From the NCBI GenBank assembly GCA_030265395.1, contig JARFYF010000029.1:24013494-24077493 (forward strand): DNA of 64,000 bases, written 5' to 3'. The position numbers and the translations under genes were made by a program. The stretch comes from Rhina ancylostomus. Taxonomy: Eukaryota. Positions within the stretch are counted from its first letter, which is position 1. Each line of letters starts with the position of its first letter. The notes under the pieces are model-generated. The model was given only the letters and a program-made list of their open reading frames with translations. It did no database searches and was not told the DNA's origin. This document shows, piece after piece, positions 13,767 through 25,015 of this stretch.

Positions 13767-13817
13767 GGCAATAAGTTATTGCCTTCCCCCATTATGCTGT
13801 AGCAACCGTAAGACAAC
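13767..13817 (+). promoter_or_regulatory. Candidate promoter elements of the actin-related gene: 17-bp palindrome and RFX X-box-like site
   Basis: GGCAATAA-G-TTATTGCC (13767-13783). TATGCTGTAGCAAC (13793-13806) resembles the X-box GTTRCYRTRGYAAC. Both lie about 270-300 bp upstream of the ATG. Confidence 0.3.
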
Positions 13818-14069
13818 AGCTCCTATGCTGACAGCTGAGAAATGATTATGTATAAATTCTTCAATGGGAAACTGCTTTCCAACTAGATGCTAGCTATGGT
13901 CTTCCAAAATGTCACAATTGGATGGGAGAAACCTCACAGAAAGGTTAAATCAGGGGCTTCAGGGGGTGATCAGTTCATTGCGGTTTAAGCAGCGTTGGCA
14001 AGCACATCTCTGGTGCAGTCTTGCTGGTGTGAGTTAGGTGTGTTGGCTACTCCCTGGGCCCTGGCAAGG

Positions 14070-15191
14070 ATGGTGGATCTCCAACCCGCCATAGTCATCG
14101 ACAACGGATCAGGTCTGATCAAATCTGGCATCTCAGGGGATAAAGAACCTCGCTCGATCTTCAACAACATGATCGGCAAGCCTCGGCAGAAAGCACTCAT
14201 CATCGGAGCCGGCCAGAAGGACTTCTACATTGGCGAAGAAGCCCAAGTCAAGAGAGGAGTGCTGTCCATCAAATACCCGGTGGAACACGGCATCGTCACC
14301 TCCTGGGATGACATGGACAAGATCTGGAGGTACGTGTACGACAATGATTTGAAAATCAAGTCAAACGAGAGGCCGGCTCTGCTGACCGAGGCTCCCCTGA
14401 ACCCACTTGCCAACAGGGAGAGGATGTGCCAGATCCTCTTCGAGGCTTTCGACGTCCCGGCCATGTACGTGGCCATCCAAGCGGTGTTGGCTCTCTATGC
14501 CTCCGGCAGGACCACAGGGTGTGTGATGGACAGTGGAGACGGGGTGACCCACACGGTGCCCATCTACGAGGGTTACTGCTTGCCCCACGCCGTGCTGAGG
14601 CTGGAGCTGGGAGGTAAGGACCTCACCGAATATCTGGTGAGGATCCTGACCGAGAGTGGGGTCTCCTTCGTCAGCACAGCGGAGAGGGAAATAGTGAGGG
14701 ACATCAAGGAGAGGCTGTGCTACGTGGCTCTGGACCCGCAGGCAGAAATGTGCAAGAAACCTTGCGAGGTGGAGAGAGACTACAAGCTGCCTGATGGCCA
14801 GATCATCAAGATCCACAACCAGAGGTTCCGCTGCCCGGAGACCCTCTTCATCCCGGCCAACATTGGCATCGAAGCTCCGGGCATTGATAAACTCTGCTTC
14901 AACACCATCATGAAGTGTGACATCGACCTGAGGAGGGATCTCTACGCCAACGTGATCCTGGCCGGAGGTTCCAGCTTGTTCCCGGGGATGGACGAGAGGA
15001 TGCTGAAGGAGATGACCAAAATGGTCCCCACCGGCACCCCGGTCAAGGTGTGCGCTCCGCCCGAGAGGAAATACTCGGTGTGGATGGGAGGCTCCATCCT
15101 TTCCTCCCTGTCGGCTTTCCAGCAGATGTGGATCACGGCCTGCGAGTACAAGGAAGTTGGGGCTAACATCGTGCACAGAAAGTGTTTCTAA
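14070..15191 (+). CDS. Intronless actin-related protein, ACTRT3/ARPM1 (Arp-T)-like, 373 aa
   Basis: Uninterrupted ORF from a strong-context ATG (GCAAGGATGG) to TAA. Actin motifs [46 protein letters not shown]3-type features NPLANR, EGYCLPH, EMxKKP with a 2-aa deletion relative to actin ATAASSSS, EAPGIDK, VWMGG, MWITAxExKEVGxNIVH. The ORF track start at 13995 is a TTG, so 14070 is preferred. Confidence 0.93.
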   Translation: MVDLQPAIVIDNGSGLIKSGISGDKEPRSIFNNMIGKPRQKALIIGAGQKDFYIGEEAQVKRGVLSIKYPVEHGIVTSWDDMDKIWRYVYDNDLKIKSNERPALLTEAPLNPLANRERMCQILFEAFDVPAMYVAIQAVLALYASGRTTGCVMDSGDGVTHTVPIYEGYCLPHAVLRLELGGKDLTEYLVRILTESGVSFVSTAEREIVRDIKERLCYVALDPQAEMCKKPCEVERDYKLPDGQIIKIHNQRFRCPETLFIPANIGIEAPGIDKLCFNTIMKCDIDLRRDLYANVILAGGSSLFPGMDERMLKEMTKMVPTGTPVKVCAPPERKYSVWMGGSILSSLSAFQQMWITACEYKEVGANIVHRKCF

Positions 15192-15230
15192 AATCTTGTT
15201 TTAAAAAAGACAACTGTATTTTAAAAAGAC

Positions 15231-15253
15231 AATAAACGTACTGACAAAATAAA
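15231..15253 (+). terminator. Polyadenylation signals of the actin-related gene
   Basis: AATAAA at 15231 and 15248, followed by T-rich sequence at about 15285-15315. Confidence 0.6.
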
Positions 15254-15374
15254 AGTGCCAGATTGACGTGAGAAACTGACGGCTTTATAATTTTTGCATA
15301 TTTCTCAGTCATTTTAGTATACAACAATTAAAATAATGTTTAAAAGAAACCTACTTGTTTTAATTAGCTCTCTC

Positions 15375-15470
15375 TGCATTTCAGAAAAGGCCTTGTAGAA
15401 GATGTTCTTCTCTCCAGAGATGCTGTCTGACCTGTTGAGTGTTTCCAGCATTTTATACTTCCATTTTAAA
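15375..15470 (+). mobile_element. Penelope terminal-repeat fragment
   Basis: CAGAGATGCTGTCTGACCTGTTGAGTGTTTCCAGCATTTT, the same motif as 26570-26600, 26810-26880 and 31025-31080. Confidence 0.65.
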
Positions 15471-17429
15471 GAATCGTAATTGTGCTCAAGACCTCTCTGA
15501 ATCACACCTATCAGAGAATTTTTGTATTTCTCCCTGTGCATTTGAGCACACGGCTGGCAGAGCCAAGCAGTCAATGGTATAACATTTACAGCACAAGACA
15601 GCTGCATAGAATTATGTAACAGAAGCTCTTCAGCCCATTGTGTCTGTATCAGCTCTTTGGTGCATTTTTTTCAATTTATCCTTTTCCCCTGGTTTTTCCT
15701 TTATAAAGTATATCCATATTTTGGGGGGAAACTCCTTCCATTGCTCTCTCAGCATATTCCAGGTCACAGCAACTTGCCAAGAAAATTTCTAACCTAAGAT
15801 TTTTCTTTTGTCCAAATAGTTTAACTTGTCCATTCTCATAACCAGCCCTATTGCCAGTAATTTTATCATTATACCTACTCTGTCCAAAATGATGTTTGCA
15901 CCTCCAGAAGCGTAGAAGGAGTTCAATATATAAATAGCATAAGGGTAGAATGTTTTATCTTAACCCAATCAATGACATACCAACAACTGTATATATTTGA
16001 AATATTGTAGCTTTAACAAAATGGAATAACCTGCCCCCCCCACCTCAGGCATTCTGCTGAAATAGTTGTTATGAATTTTTTCCATAATCAATTATTCTTA
16101 ATCATATTATTATCTTAGGCCATAAATGAAGACCATTTTTATCTCTTGTACTGGTCTGAGTGAAATTCATAGTGCTGGTTTTTCTCTACCTCCCTTTATG
16201 GCATGACTGAGCCATGATTTTTCAGCAACACCAATGAAGTCATCTCTATATTAAAATAAAATCTGAAACTAGTTTTGCTTTGAATGGTTAACCTAGACAA
16301 GGGGAGTATGTGTCTAAGAAGTAGTAAGTTGGGGGTTATATATTTACATAACAGTGATTGTAGGGGAGTAGTGTTCTTACTGTGAAATTTGTATACTATT
16401 TATTTATGTACCTTATTTTAATAAATCAGCTCTTGGTCTGAAAACTGTGCCTGTTTTCATAGAATGCTTTACAGCCCACTCTTCATAAAGGGAGAAGTTT
16501 TGTTGTGGAACATGTGATATTTCAGTAGTTTATTTATGGAAGAATGGTTCTCAGGTACAATCCCTGGATCATGTTATTGATTAGATAAATACTCCAGATT
16601 ATAAGCACTAGGGTGTCCACTTACAGGAATGAGAATTTCTGAAAATCTGAAAATGCAACAGCCTGGTTGATTTATTGCAAAAGCACAGGCATGGTTAAAA
16701 ACAGAAAGGCTTAGTCCATTACAGTCACAGACTGACTGTGCTTTATGGAGTTGTTGTTACTACTGTTGTGGTCACTCCAACTTTTGACATGCTTGTGTGA
16801 GAAGACCAATTAAAATATGTTCTGGACAATTGTAGGAAGTGTGTGTTGCATTTTCTGATTTCAGCCCTTTATTGGGAAAAGGATTTGATTAAATACATTT
16901 TCTGACCACAAGTAGAAACTGCGGGGTTTTAAATGCTCACGAGCAGCCAGTGAAGCTATAGGGATTTTCTGGTGCTTTTCACAATCTCAAGATGCCATGA
17001 ACCAGTATTCAATCAATGAACTACTTTTAAATTGTACTTCCTGGGACAACGTATGTGGTCACATCGACATTCCGTGAACAATGATGTGGTATGATCCGAT
17101 AATCAGTGAAGGGATAATTAATTGACCAGGAAAAAGGAGTGAAGCCAAATGTAGGTCCTCAGAAGTGGGGGGAAGTTATAATTGGGAACTAAGACATGGC
17201 AGAATGATAAAACAAATACTTTGTATGTCTTCACACAGAAGGACACAAATAGTCTCCCTGATATGTCAAGGTCTAAAGAGAGGGAGGATCAGAAGGAAAT
17301 CAGTTATGTTAGTAAAGAAACACTGCCAAGGCAATTAATGGAACTAAACACTAATCTGATAATCTATATCACAGAGTTATAAAGTCACAGAGTCACATAG
17401 CAATTTACAGACTAATAATCATAACACTA

Positions 17430-18680
17430 GAAATGGGGAAGATGTGAGAATCTCTTCTAAAGTATGCAATGACAGAACACTTGGAATGACATTAATAGGA
17501 TTAGACAACATCAAAATCAGTTTATGAAAGGAAAATCATGCTTAACAAACCCACTGGAGTTTTTATCAGAGATGTGACTAGTAAAATAGATAAGGGAGAA
17601 CCAGTGGATGTGGTATATTTGGACTTTCAGAAGGCTTTTGATAAGGCGCAAAATGAAAGCACGTGGGATTGAGAGTAATATGCAGGCATGGATTGAGAAT
17701 TGATTGACAGACAGGAAAAACAGGGTAGGAATAAATTGGTTCCTTTCTCGGTGACGGACAGTGACAAGTGGGGTGTCACATGGATCAGTGCATGGATCCC
17801 AAATGTTCACCATATATACCATTGACTTGGAGGGTGGAGCAGCAAACAATCTGCTGGAGGAACTCAGCGGGTCGAGCAGCATCTCTGGGGGGAGAGGAAC
17901 TGCCAATGTTTTGGGTCGAAACCCTGCATTAGGTTTCTTGGATGATGGAATTGAATGTAATATTTCTAAGTTTGTCAATGACATAAAACTGAGTGGAATT
18001 GAGAGTTGTGAGGGGGATGCAAAGAAGCTTCAAGGCAATTTAGACAAGTTGAGTGTGTGAGCAAGTGCATGGAAGATGCAGTTTAATGCGGATAAATGTG
18101 AAGTTAACCATTTTAGTAGGAAAAACAGGGAGGTAGTGTATTATTTAAATAGCAATAAATGGGAAATATTGAAGTATAAAAGGGATCTGGGTGTTCTTGT
18201 GCAACAAGCATTTAAGAAAGCAATTGATACTTTGGCCTTTATTGCAAGAGGGTTTAAATACAGGCACAATGATGTCTTGCTACAGTTGTACAGGGCATTG
18301 GTGAGGCCACATGTGGAGTATTGTGAGCAGTTTTCATCCCTATAATCAAAGAAAGAATATACTTGCCTTGGAGGGAGTTCAGTGAAGGTCCATCAGACTG
18401 AGTTTTGGGATGATGGGACTGTTGTATGAGACACAACTGTGTCACCAAGATCTATACACTCTAGAATTTAGAAGAGTTAGAGATGAGCTGTTTGCAAAAT
18501 ACAACATTTTGAGAGGACTTGACAGGCTGGATGTTTCCCTTGACTGGGTGTTTACAACCAGTGATCATAACCTCAGAATGTGGGGTCTGATATTTACAAG
18601 ATGATTAAGAGAAATTCTTTCACTCAGAGGGTGGGGAAGCTGTGGAATTCTCGAGCACAGAGGGCTATGGAAGCCAAGCT
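17430..18680 (+). mobile_element. CR1 LINE ORF2 (RT) 3' half, inactivated
   Basis: Peptides GKSCLTN, VDVVYLDFQKAFDK, VTSGVSHGSV, DDGIECNISKFVNDIKL, WKMQFNADKCEV, LYRALVRPHVEYC, FFTQRV-like 3' end. Multiple stops and frameshifts. Confidence 0.9.
17832..17936 (-). mobile_element. Penelope terminal-repeat fragment inserted into the CR1 RT
   Basis: CTGCTGGAGGAACTCAGCGGGTCGAGCAGCATCT...TTTTGGGTCGAAACCCTGCATTAGG interrupts the IDL|DDG motif. CTTGGA is duplicated at 17826 and 17937. Confidence 0.75.
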
Positions 18681-19059
18681 NNNNNNNNNNNNNNNNNNNN
18701 NNNNNNNNNNNNNNNNNNNNNNNNNNNNNNNNNNNNNNNNNNNNNNNNNNNNNNNNNNNNNNNNNNNNNNNNNNNNNNNNTTTTCATGTCCATAATCAGT
18801 AAACTCCATTTAGCTCAACTCAAAAAACACAACTTGTGGTGTTTACAGCAATTTGAAAAAAAAGTTGTCCAGATTTAATCATTGAACAGGGTGTTAACAT
18901 TACTTTCACTGTCATTACACAGGCTTCTGATTTAATCATGCTCATAATGTAAGAGAATTAGTTTTGGAATGTATCACCAAATTCAGTCAAATCCTTTTAT
19001 GGATTTTAAAGGAAACTCATTGGGTGCTCACTTTAATCTATGTCTGCTCATTCAGAATA

Positions 19060-19393
19060 ACTCTTAGAAAATTATCAGCAATGGATAAATGTTTGCTGTA
19101 AAACCAGCTCCTCCTCCATGTGCTTCTGTTCTTTTTGAAACACTGGTGGAAACTGCTAGGAATGAAAGAACTATCCCAGCAGCTTTTTCACTGACTGGTA
19201 ATAAGAATAACTGTAAAATGTTGTGACCCCCCCAACCAGTTTTGAAATTAACATTCAAACAGCATAGTATGCCTGAACACAAAAAAAGTGAAAGGGATAT
19301 ACAATTACCATGGCAGGCTATTGGTATAGCGCTAAACTCTTTCTGTATGACTAAACTCAGCAAGTTCACAACAACAAGCACAAGACAAACGTT
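19060..19393 (+). other. Candidate non-coding first exon of LRRN3 (start unknown)
   Basis: Repeat-free unique sequence ending in a consensus donor TT|GTGAGT (19394-19399). The distance to the 55003 acceptor (about 35.6 kb) is similar to the roughly 30 kb 5' intron recalled for mammalian LRRN3. Inference only. Confidence 0.25.
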
Positions 19394-20671
19394 GTGAGTA
19401 GGAGGGATTCCTGTTTATATTTCACAGACAGCAACATTGTGCTTCATTTGAAGGGAAAACAGTGGACACTTAGTAAAACGTGGAAACATGATATCTGACA
19501 ATTGCAGCAATTTGAATTTGATATATAAAATTAAATACAAATTGACGATGAATGTCCAAGCAAGGGCACTTTTATACAACCTATGTGCAGTACAAAATAT
19601 ATAACATTTCAAAATGGTGCCACAGGTGCCAAAAAGAATTTTAAAAATTCCAAGTTTTAGGGAGTAAAGTTTCATTGAAAGATAAACACTCTTATTCCAG
19701 GCACCAGTATCCATATTTTATGTGATAAAGTGGTATGAAAGAAGCTTTTCAGAATCAAGGCCACGCCTTTCCCAAGTGGTTGAATGAGAAATTAAGAGGA
19801 GTCACTTTGAGTCAACTTGAGCATCTCCTTATTAACCACACAGAACTACAAATTACTAATTTGTTCAAATTTACACTGTTTCATGAGTAAAGACTACTGT
19901 AAGTATTCCTAGGACAATGAGCATTTAAGTATTTTATGTTTTATAACATCTTGCTATCAAATATCGATATAGGAAATTATTAATTTTGAGTGTTCAGAAA
20001 TGAATTAATTTAAAATGCCAGCAATTAACAATCACTGATATTTGTTCCTAAGACAACATTCTCGTACAGGCACAGTATTTAGTAAAACTGCCAGAAATAA
20101 ATCCATCTACAAGGACAGAGACAACAACAACTTCACTTTCCTACCTGTGTAAACATCACGGTTTATAACAATGAGCACAAATGTCATCAGGCAAGCACCT
20201 CATATGGTGTGTAAGCATGGCTGTCAATAGTGAGAGTTAAATGAGAGCCAGAGAAGCAGAAAAAAAAGAAACAAGGCAAGAGAGAGAGAGCAAAAAAAGC
20301 ACAAGGATGATAAATGAAGAGAAATTTAAACAATGAGGCAGAGAATGAATAAAACTTGGAGAGATATAATACAGAAAAAGGGGAAAAATCAAGTTAGAAC
20401 ATGAAGAGGTTAAAAAGTGTAACATAATTTTAATATATCAAAATATTATTCATAGCATATTGATTGTGGAAACTGTTTTTATATGTTTTCTTGGTGTGTT
20501 TTAATCTTTAAATCCAAAGGAAAACAAACTGACAAACCAAATGAAAAGACATGTTAGGGGAAAAGGAGCTAGTGGAAATGATAGCAATGGAACAAAAGCC
20601 AAAAAGTTAAAGACAACTGCAAACACCATGGATTTGAATTAAAACTGACAACACTGGTATAATTCTCACAT

Positions 20672-21185
20672 GTTACCTTGGGATCGAAGATAACTTGATT
20701 CTTCTCCAGTTCTGGGGAAATAATGTCAGTGTGGGAAATGCAGATGCTTTTGCAGATGGTACTGAAGGTGCTTGATGGGGCAAGCAGTTAGCTTGGTAGC
20801 TGTGAGTTGCTGCAACCTTCTGCAATTTACTAAGGCTTCTGTGTGCTCTGTATGCATGGAATTGGTCCTCAATACCATCCCAAATGTTCCTTCTCAACTT
20901 TGAGAGTTCAAGGGTCAGGGATTCCCAAGGTCCCCAGGGATGTTGGATTTCTTCAAGAAGGCATTGAGTCTTTTCTTCTGTTCTTATGGCAATCTCTTCC
21001 TACGACCTAGCTCAGGATAGAGCATCTGTTTTGGGAACCTTGTGTCAAGCATGCAGATGACTTGGTCTGCCAATTGGAGCTGACTTATGTAACCAAGACC
21101 TCAGTGTTGGAAACATTGGCCTGTGACAGGATGTTGGCTTTGTTCATCTTTCCAGTGAAATTGCAGAGAAATCATTGGACTATGC
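20672..21185 (-). mobile_element. RTE-clade LINE 3' fragment
   Basis: Minus-strand peptides ILSQANVS...QLQLADQVICMLDTRFPKQMLYPEL...WESLTLELSKLRRNIWDG resemble the RTE C-terminus (QLRWAGHVxRMxDxRLPKQxLYxEL). Confidence 0.75.
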
Positions 21186-21859
21186 AGCAAGTCTAACATC
21201 CAAGCTTGATATCAATGCACTATTTTCACCAGTTTGCCCAAAGATTCAATTACTGTCTTTTTTAATATAATGAGGCACATAAATCTTCACTTTAAAAAAA
21301 ATTACAGTCTTCATATCTGACTCATTAACCTTTATGCTGGCTGAATAGTAAAGCTGATAGTTACTATAATTAATGTGGTTTTCTCACCAATTACCTGTAT
21401 TTTACCTAATGATAATATATTTCTGCTTTAGTAATTGGCTCACTGTTCCATTGCTTCTCTTAAAACTTTCCATCCAAGAAACAATAGCAGAAAATAGTGT
21501 TCTGTCATTTCATTGCTACAAAGTTCTGGATGTACAGCACTAGGTACTTTACATTGGTTGCACACCTATACACCTAATATGCTGCTGCTCCAATGTTGGT
21601 ATAAAGGCAGCAATGTAAATGAAATGGTACCTGGTGTTGGTAGAAGGATATTGCATCACTGCCAGACATCAATCCAGCATCTCCAATAATTGCCATGAAA
21701 CATGCTATTTGGCATTTTCATGAATTGAAACATCCAAGCATATCCTATACAAAAACAATTTAGATTCAGGTAGCAGTATAATACTGAAGACATTTTGCAG
21801 AAGAGAAATGAATGCCATGTAATAATATTTCAGAAAGGCAAATAAATGCAGAATAGAAA

Positions 21860-22250
21860 TGATAGTTTTGATGAGGTTTTCAAAGGCTGAGAAAGCAGCA
21901 GCAGAGCAGAAGGCTTTAGGGAGAGAATTCCAGACAGCAGGACAAGCACCAGTGGCACAGCAAATAAAGGGTGGCATGCTTTTGAGATCAAGGACTAAGT
22001 ATTGATGTACAAATAGGAAAGCAGGGCTTCAGGGGTTTGCAGCAGCGAGACAAGAGAGTGGGAATGTAATGGGAATGAAAAGGAAGTTTGAGCTTTGAAA
22101 ATGCCGTTAGAGGGAAAACAGAACATCTCAACAATCTTTGTACAAAGTTTTGGTGGAAAGTTTGATATGTGTTGGAACTCAAAGCCAGAAAGGAGATTTT
22201 TGGAGATATTGAGTTTGAGCAGTTAACAGGGTAAGGCCAGTGAAGAAGTA
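21860..22250 (-). mobile_element. L2-type LINE 3' fragment
   Basis: GGCTTTAGGGAGAGAATTCCAGAC...GCAGCAGCGAGACAAGAG is the reverse orientation of the L2-type 3' region seen at 8810-9180. Confidence 0.5.
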
Positions 22251-24167
22251 CTCAATGTTTTAATTGTGGAAGTATGCACTTAATAATGCACAGAACATGG
22301 CTTTTTTGAGCTTGAAGTGTATGGAAAACCACATCTTGGTGAGTTTATCACCAAAGGCGTGATGGTGGCAGTTTTGAAGGTAGAGGAACAAAAGTTCCAT
22401 TCAATTCCAAATGCAAGTTGCTGAAGACGACAGATGTGTATTCTTCCCTGTCACAACCTGAAACAATCACTTAAGATAAATGCACCTCCCAATGACAATG
22501 ATAAAATAATGCTCTTCTTTTGTGAAACTATACTAAATTCTTTTTAGAAGAGGACAGAAGAACTGAGTATCATCAAACATTTGAGAAACTGCAAAATGTA
22601 CCAAAGGAAAAAAACATGTCAGATAGGAAAAAAAATATAGAAAACTTGTTAAGAACTAACAGCTCTTACTAGTCACAGCTGCAAAATGGAAAGGGCATCC
22701 AAGTCAAAACCTGTTAATTAGTTACATGGGAAGAACAACAACAATTTGCATGCACGAAATACCTTTAACGGAATAAAAGCATCCCAAGATGCTTCACAAG
22801 AACAGTAAGAGACAACTTTTCAAACAAGCTATTTTTGACAAATAGGTCTTGAAGTTTTCCATTGTGGAGGATAACTTTTGCTTTCAATTTGCCTGTTTTT
22901 CATGGAAATAGGTAAAGCCAAAAGATTTATTAAATTTCAGTATTTTCCCCACTATTTGCAAAAATACCATGATTCAGTCAATGCTCTCCTAGAACAAACA
23001 TACATACAATTAAATTCTTGGTAACATTTTCTGCTACCAGTGTAATCTTGATTTGGTAAAACTCTTCCAAAGCAGTTTTTATGATTTANNNNNNNNNNTT
23101 GCTGAGTTGAACAGTTCAGTGAAGTAAGTCTAAGCAATTTATTTCCATAAACAGTGATTCCACTTCTCTGAAAGAGCAGCATTGAAATTCCTAAGGGAAA
23201 TGAGCAATGACAGTCAGAAATCCTTGTTTATCTCCACAAAATCAGTGGTTTGTAAATTTATAGCACAAATGCCCAGTATCTTCCTTGAGTGATGCTTCTT
23301 TTTTTTCATAATCATGCCTGAATTTTAATCTAGATTAATGTAGTAAATTGTTCAATCACCCTTAACTAGTAAATGCCGGGATAATGATTTCTGTTAGGTT
23401 TACAATGCTCATAACGAGTTTAATCATGTTTGATTTGACCCACAACACCTTGCCTCCTCCATGCCTGTTCTCTCTTGGTATTAATGCACGGACTCAATGG
23501 CACCAGATCTCCCGATCCTGGAGGCAAAGTTTTGCAACTAGACTTCAGCCAGCACGCTGCTGAGGGCCCATCCCTACAGCTCCCTGGCTGCCCTCGACAT
23601 TAAGCAGTGCTCGGGGCACAGCCTTGTCTACTGTCAAATTTAATACGATTTCATAAAAGTTTTTAAATGTTCTTGATTAAGGCACAAAAGAAGTATTAAC
23701 ATTTAAGTATTTTAAAACAATTTTTTTTAAATCACTAATTTAAATAAAATCTTTGAAAAAAATTACAAGACTAATAAATAACTAAAGAACATTAAAGTAA
23801 AGGAAAATGAGTACAAACTGAACTTACACTTCTTTTCACCTCAATCTCAAGGTTAGGCATCCCCATTCAATTTGGAATTCCAAGCAATTGGGCTTTGCTG
23901 TTAGGCGCTACATGGAGTAGAGCATTGAGTGAAGTGAGAGATGTGCTGTCACTTACTCTTTCCAGACATATAGCAAGGCTGCATGACCCTTGGATATACT
24001 TATCAGTGGATGGCTGAATACTGGTGCTTTCCTTACTAATTATAGGCCATAACCAACTTCATCTAACNNNNNNNNNNNNNNNNNNNNNNNNNNNNNNNNN
24101 NNNNNNNNNNNNNNNNNNNNNNNNNNNNNNNNNNNNNNNNNNNNNNNNNNNNNNNNNNNNNNNNNNN

Positions 24168-24270
24168 GGCCAAATGCTGGCAAATGTGACTAGCTCAGGT
24201 AAGTAATTTGGTTGGCATGGATGAGTTGGGCTGAAGGGCCTGTTTCTGTGCTGTATAACTCTATGATTAA
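24168..24270 (+). mobile_element. CR1/HER1-type LINE 3' tail
   Basis: GGCCAAATGCTGGCAAATG...GGCATGGATGAGTTGGGCTGAAGGGCCTGTTTCTGTGCTGTATAACTCTATG. Confidence 0.7.
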
Positions 24271-24399
24271 GTCTGGGTGATGTTGTACAGTCAGACCAAC
24301 CGGGACTTGCCCAGCAGGCCGGAATATCCAAGTGAAAGAGAAAGGAAAAGAGGGATGGCAGAGAGAAATGGTCAGTCCTGATACAAACAGGACAAAAGA

Positions 24400-24590
24400 G
24401 CGAGTCGTGTAAAGTTGGAAAGCTAGATCTTGAGTCTGCAGACCGCAATGCGCTCAGATGGAAGGCAGACTTTTGTTGGGCCTAATTGTGACAGTGCAAG
24501 AGGCCATAGACAGAGTGGAAGTGGGATGGTGAATTAAAGTGGAAGCTCAGGGTAACTCCTGTGGACTGAAGGCAGGTGCTCTGCCCAGCC
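24400..24590 (-). mobile_element. Penelope GIY-YIG C-terminal fragment
   Basis: Minus strand reads AEHLPSVHRSYPELP, followed by an HFNS-like segment (TTTAATTCACCATCCCAC). Confidence 0.55.
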
Positions 24591-24796
24591 AAGAACATTT
24601 GCTAAGGATGTGGCAGTGGAAGTGAGTTTTGGTCGACGCATTTAAAATCTGTTCAAAGGCCCTTGACGATGGCGAGCTGTCCAAAGGCTGTCAGGCCAGT
24701 CCAAGGCAGGACCTGAAGACCCACCACCCAAGGTCTAATTACTGCTCAGGGACTGCACGATGATCCAACCCACAGGGCTGTGGCAATGGGAAAAGT

Positions 24797-25015
24797 ATAA
24801 GAGTCAAAGGATCATGCAGCACAGAAGTAGACCCTTTGGTCCACTATGTCCATTGCCAACCATCAAGTACCCATCTATACTAATCCCATTTACCAGCACT
24901 TGGTCCTTTGCTTTCATGACCTTGGGAATTCAAGTGCTCACCTGGATATGTCTTAAATGTTGTGAGAGTACCTGGCTCTGCCAGCTTCTCAGGCAGTGTG
25001 TTCCAGATTCCAAGG
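24797..25015 (-). mobile_element. CR1/HER1-type LINE 3' end
   Basis: CAGCACAGAAGTAGACCCTTTGGTCC...TAATCCCATTTACCAGCACTTGGTCC...CAGGCAGTGTGTTCCAGAT. Confidence 0.65.

Noticed and set aside
13995-14069. 25-aa N-terminal extension of the actin-like ORF
   Set aside because: It starts at TTG. ATG 14070 has a strong Kozak context and aligns with the actin N-terminus.
13985-15176. Antisense and alternate-frame ORFs (271, 83, 75, 72 and 63 aa) over the actin-like gene
   Set aside because: These are shadow ORFs expected from a GC-rich CDS and show no recognisable motifs.
10000-20000. Telomerase RNA (TERC), a neighbour of ACTRT3 in amniotes
   Set aside because: No CTAACCCTAA template or GC-rich pseudoknot/CR4-5/H-ACA block was seen near the gene. 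An Infernal search would be decisive.
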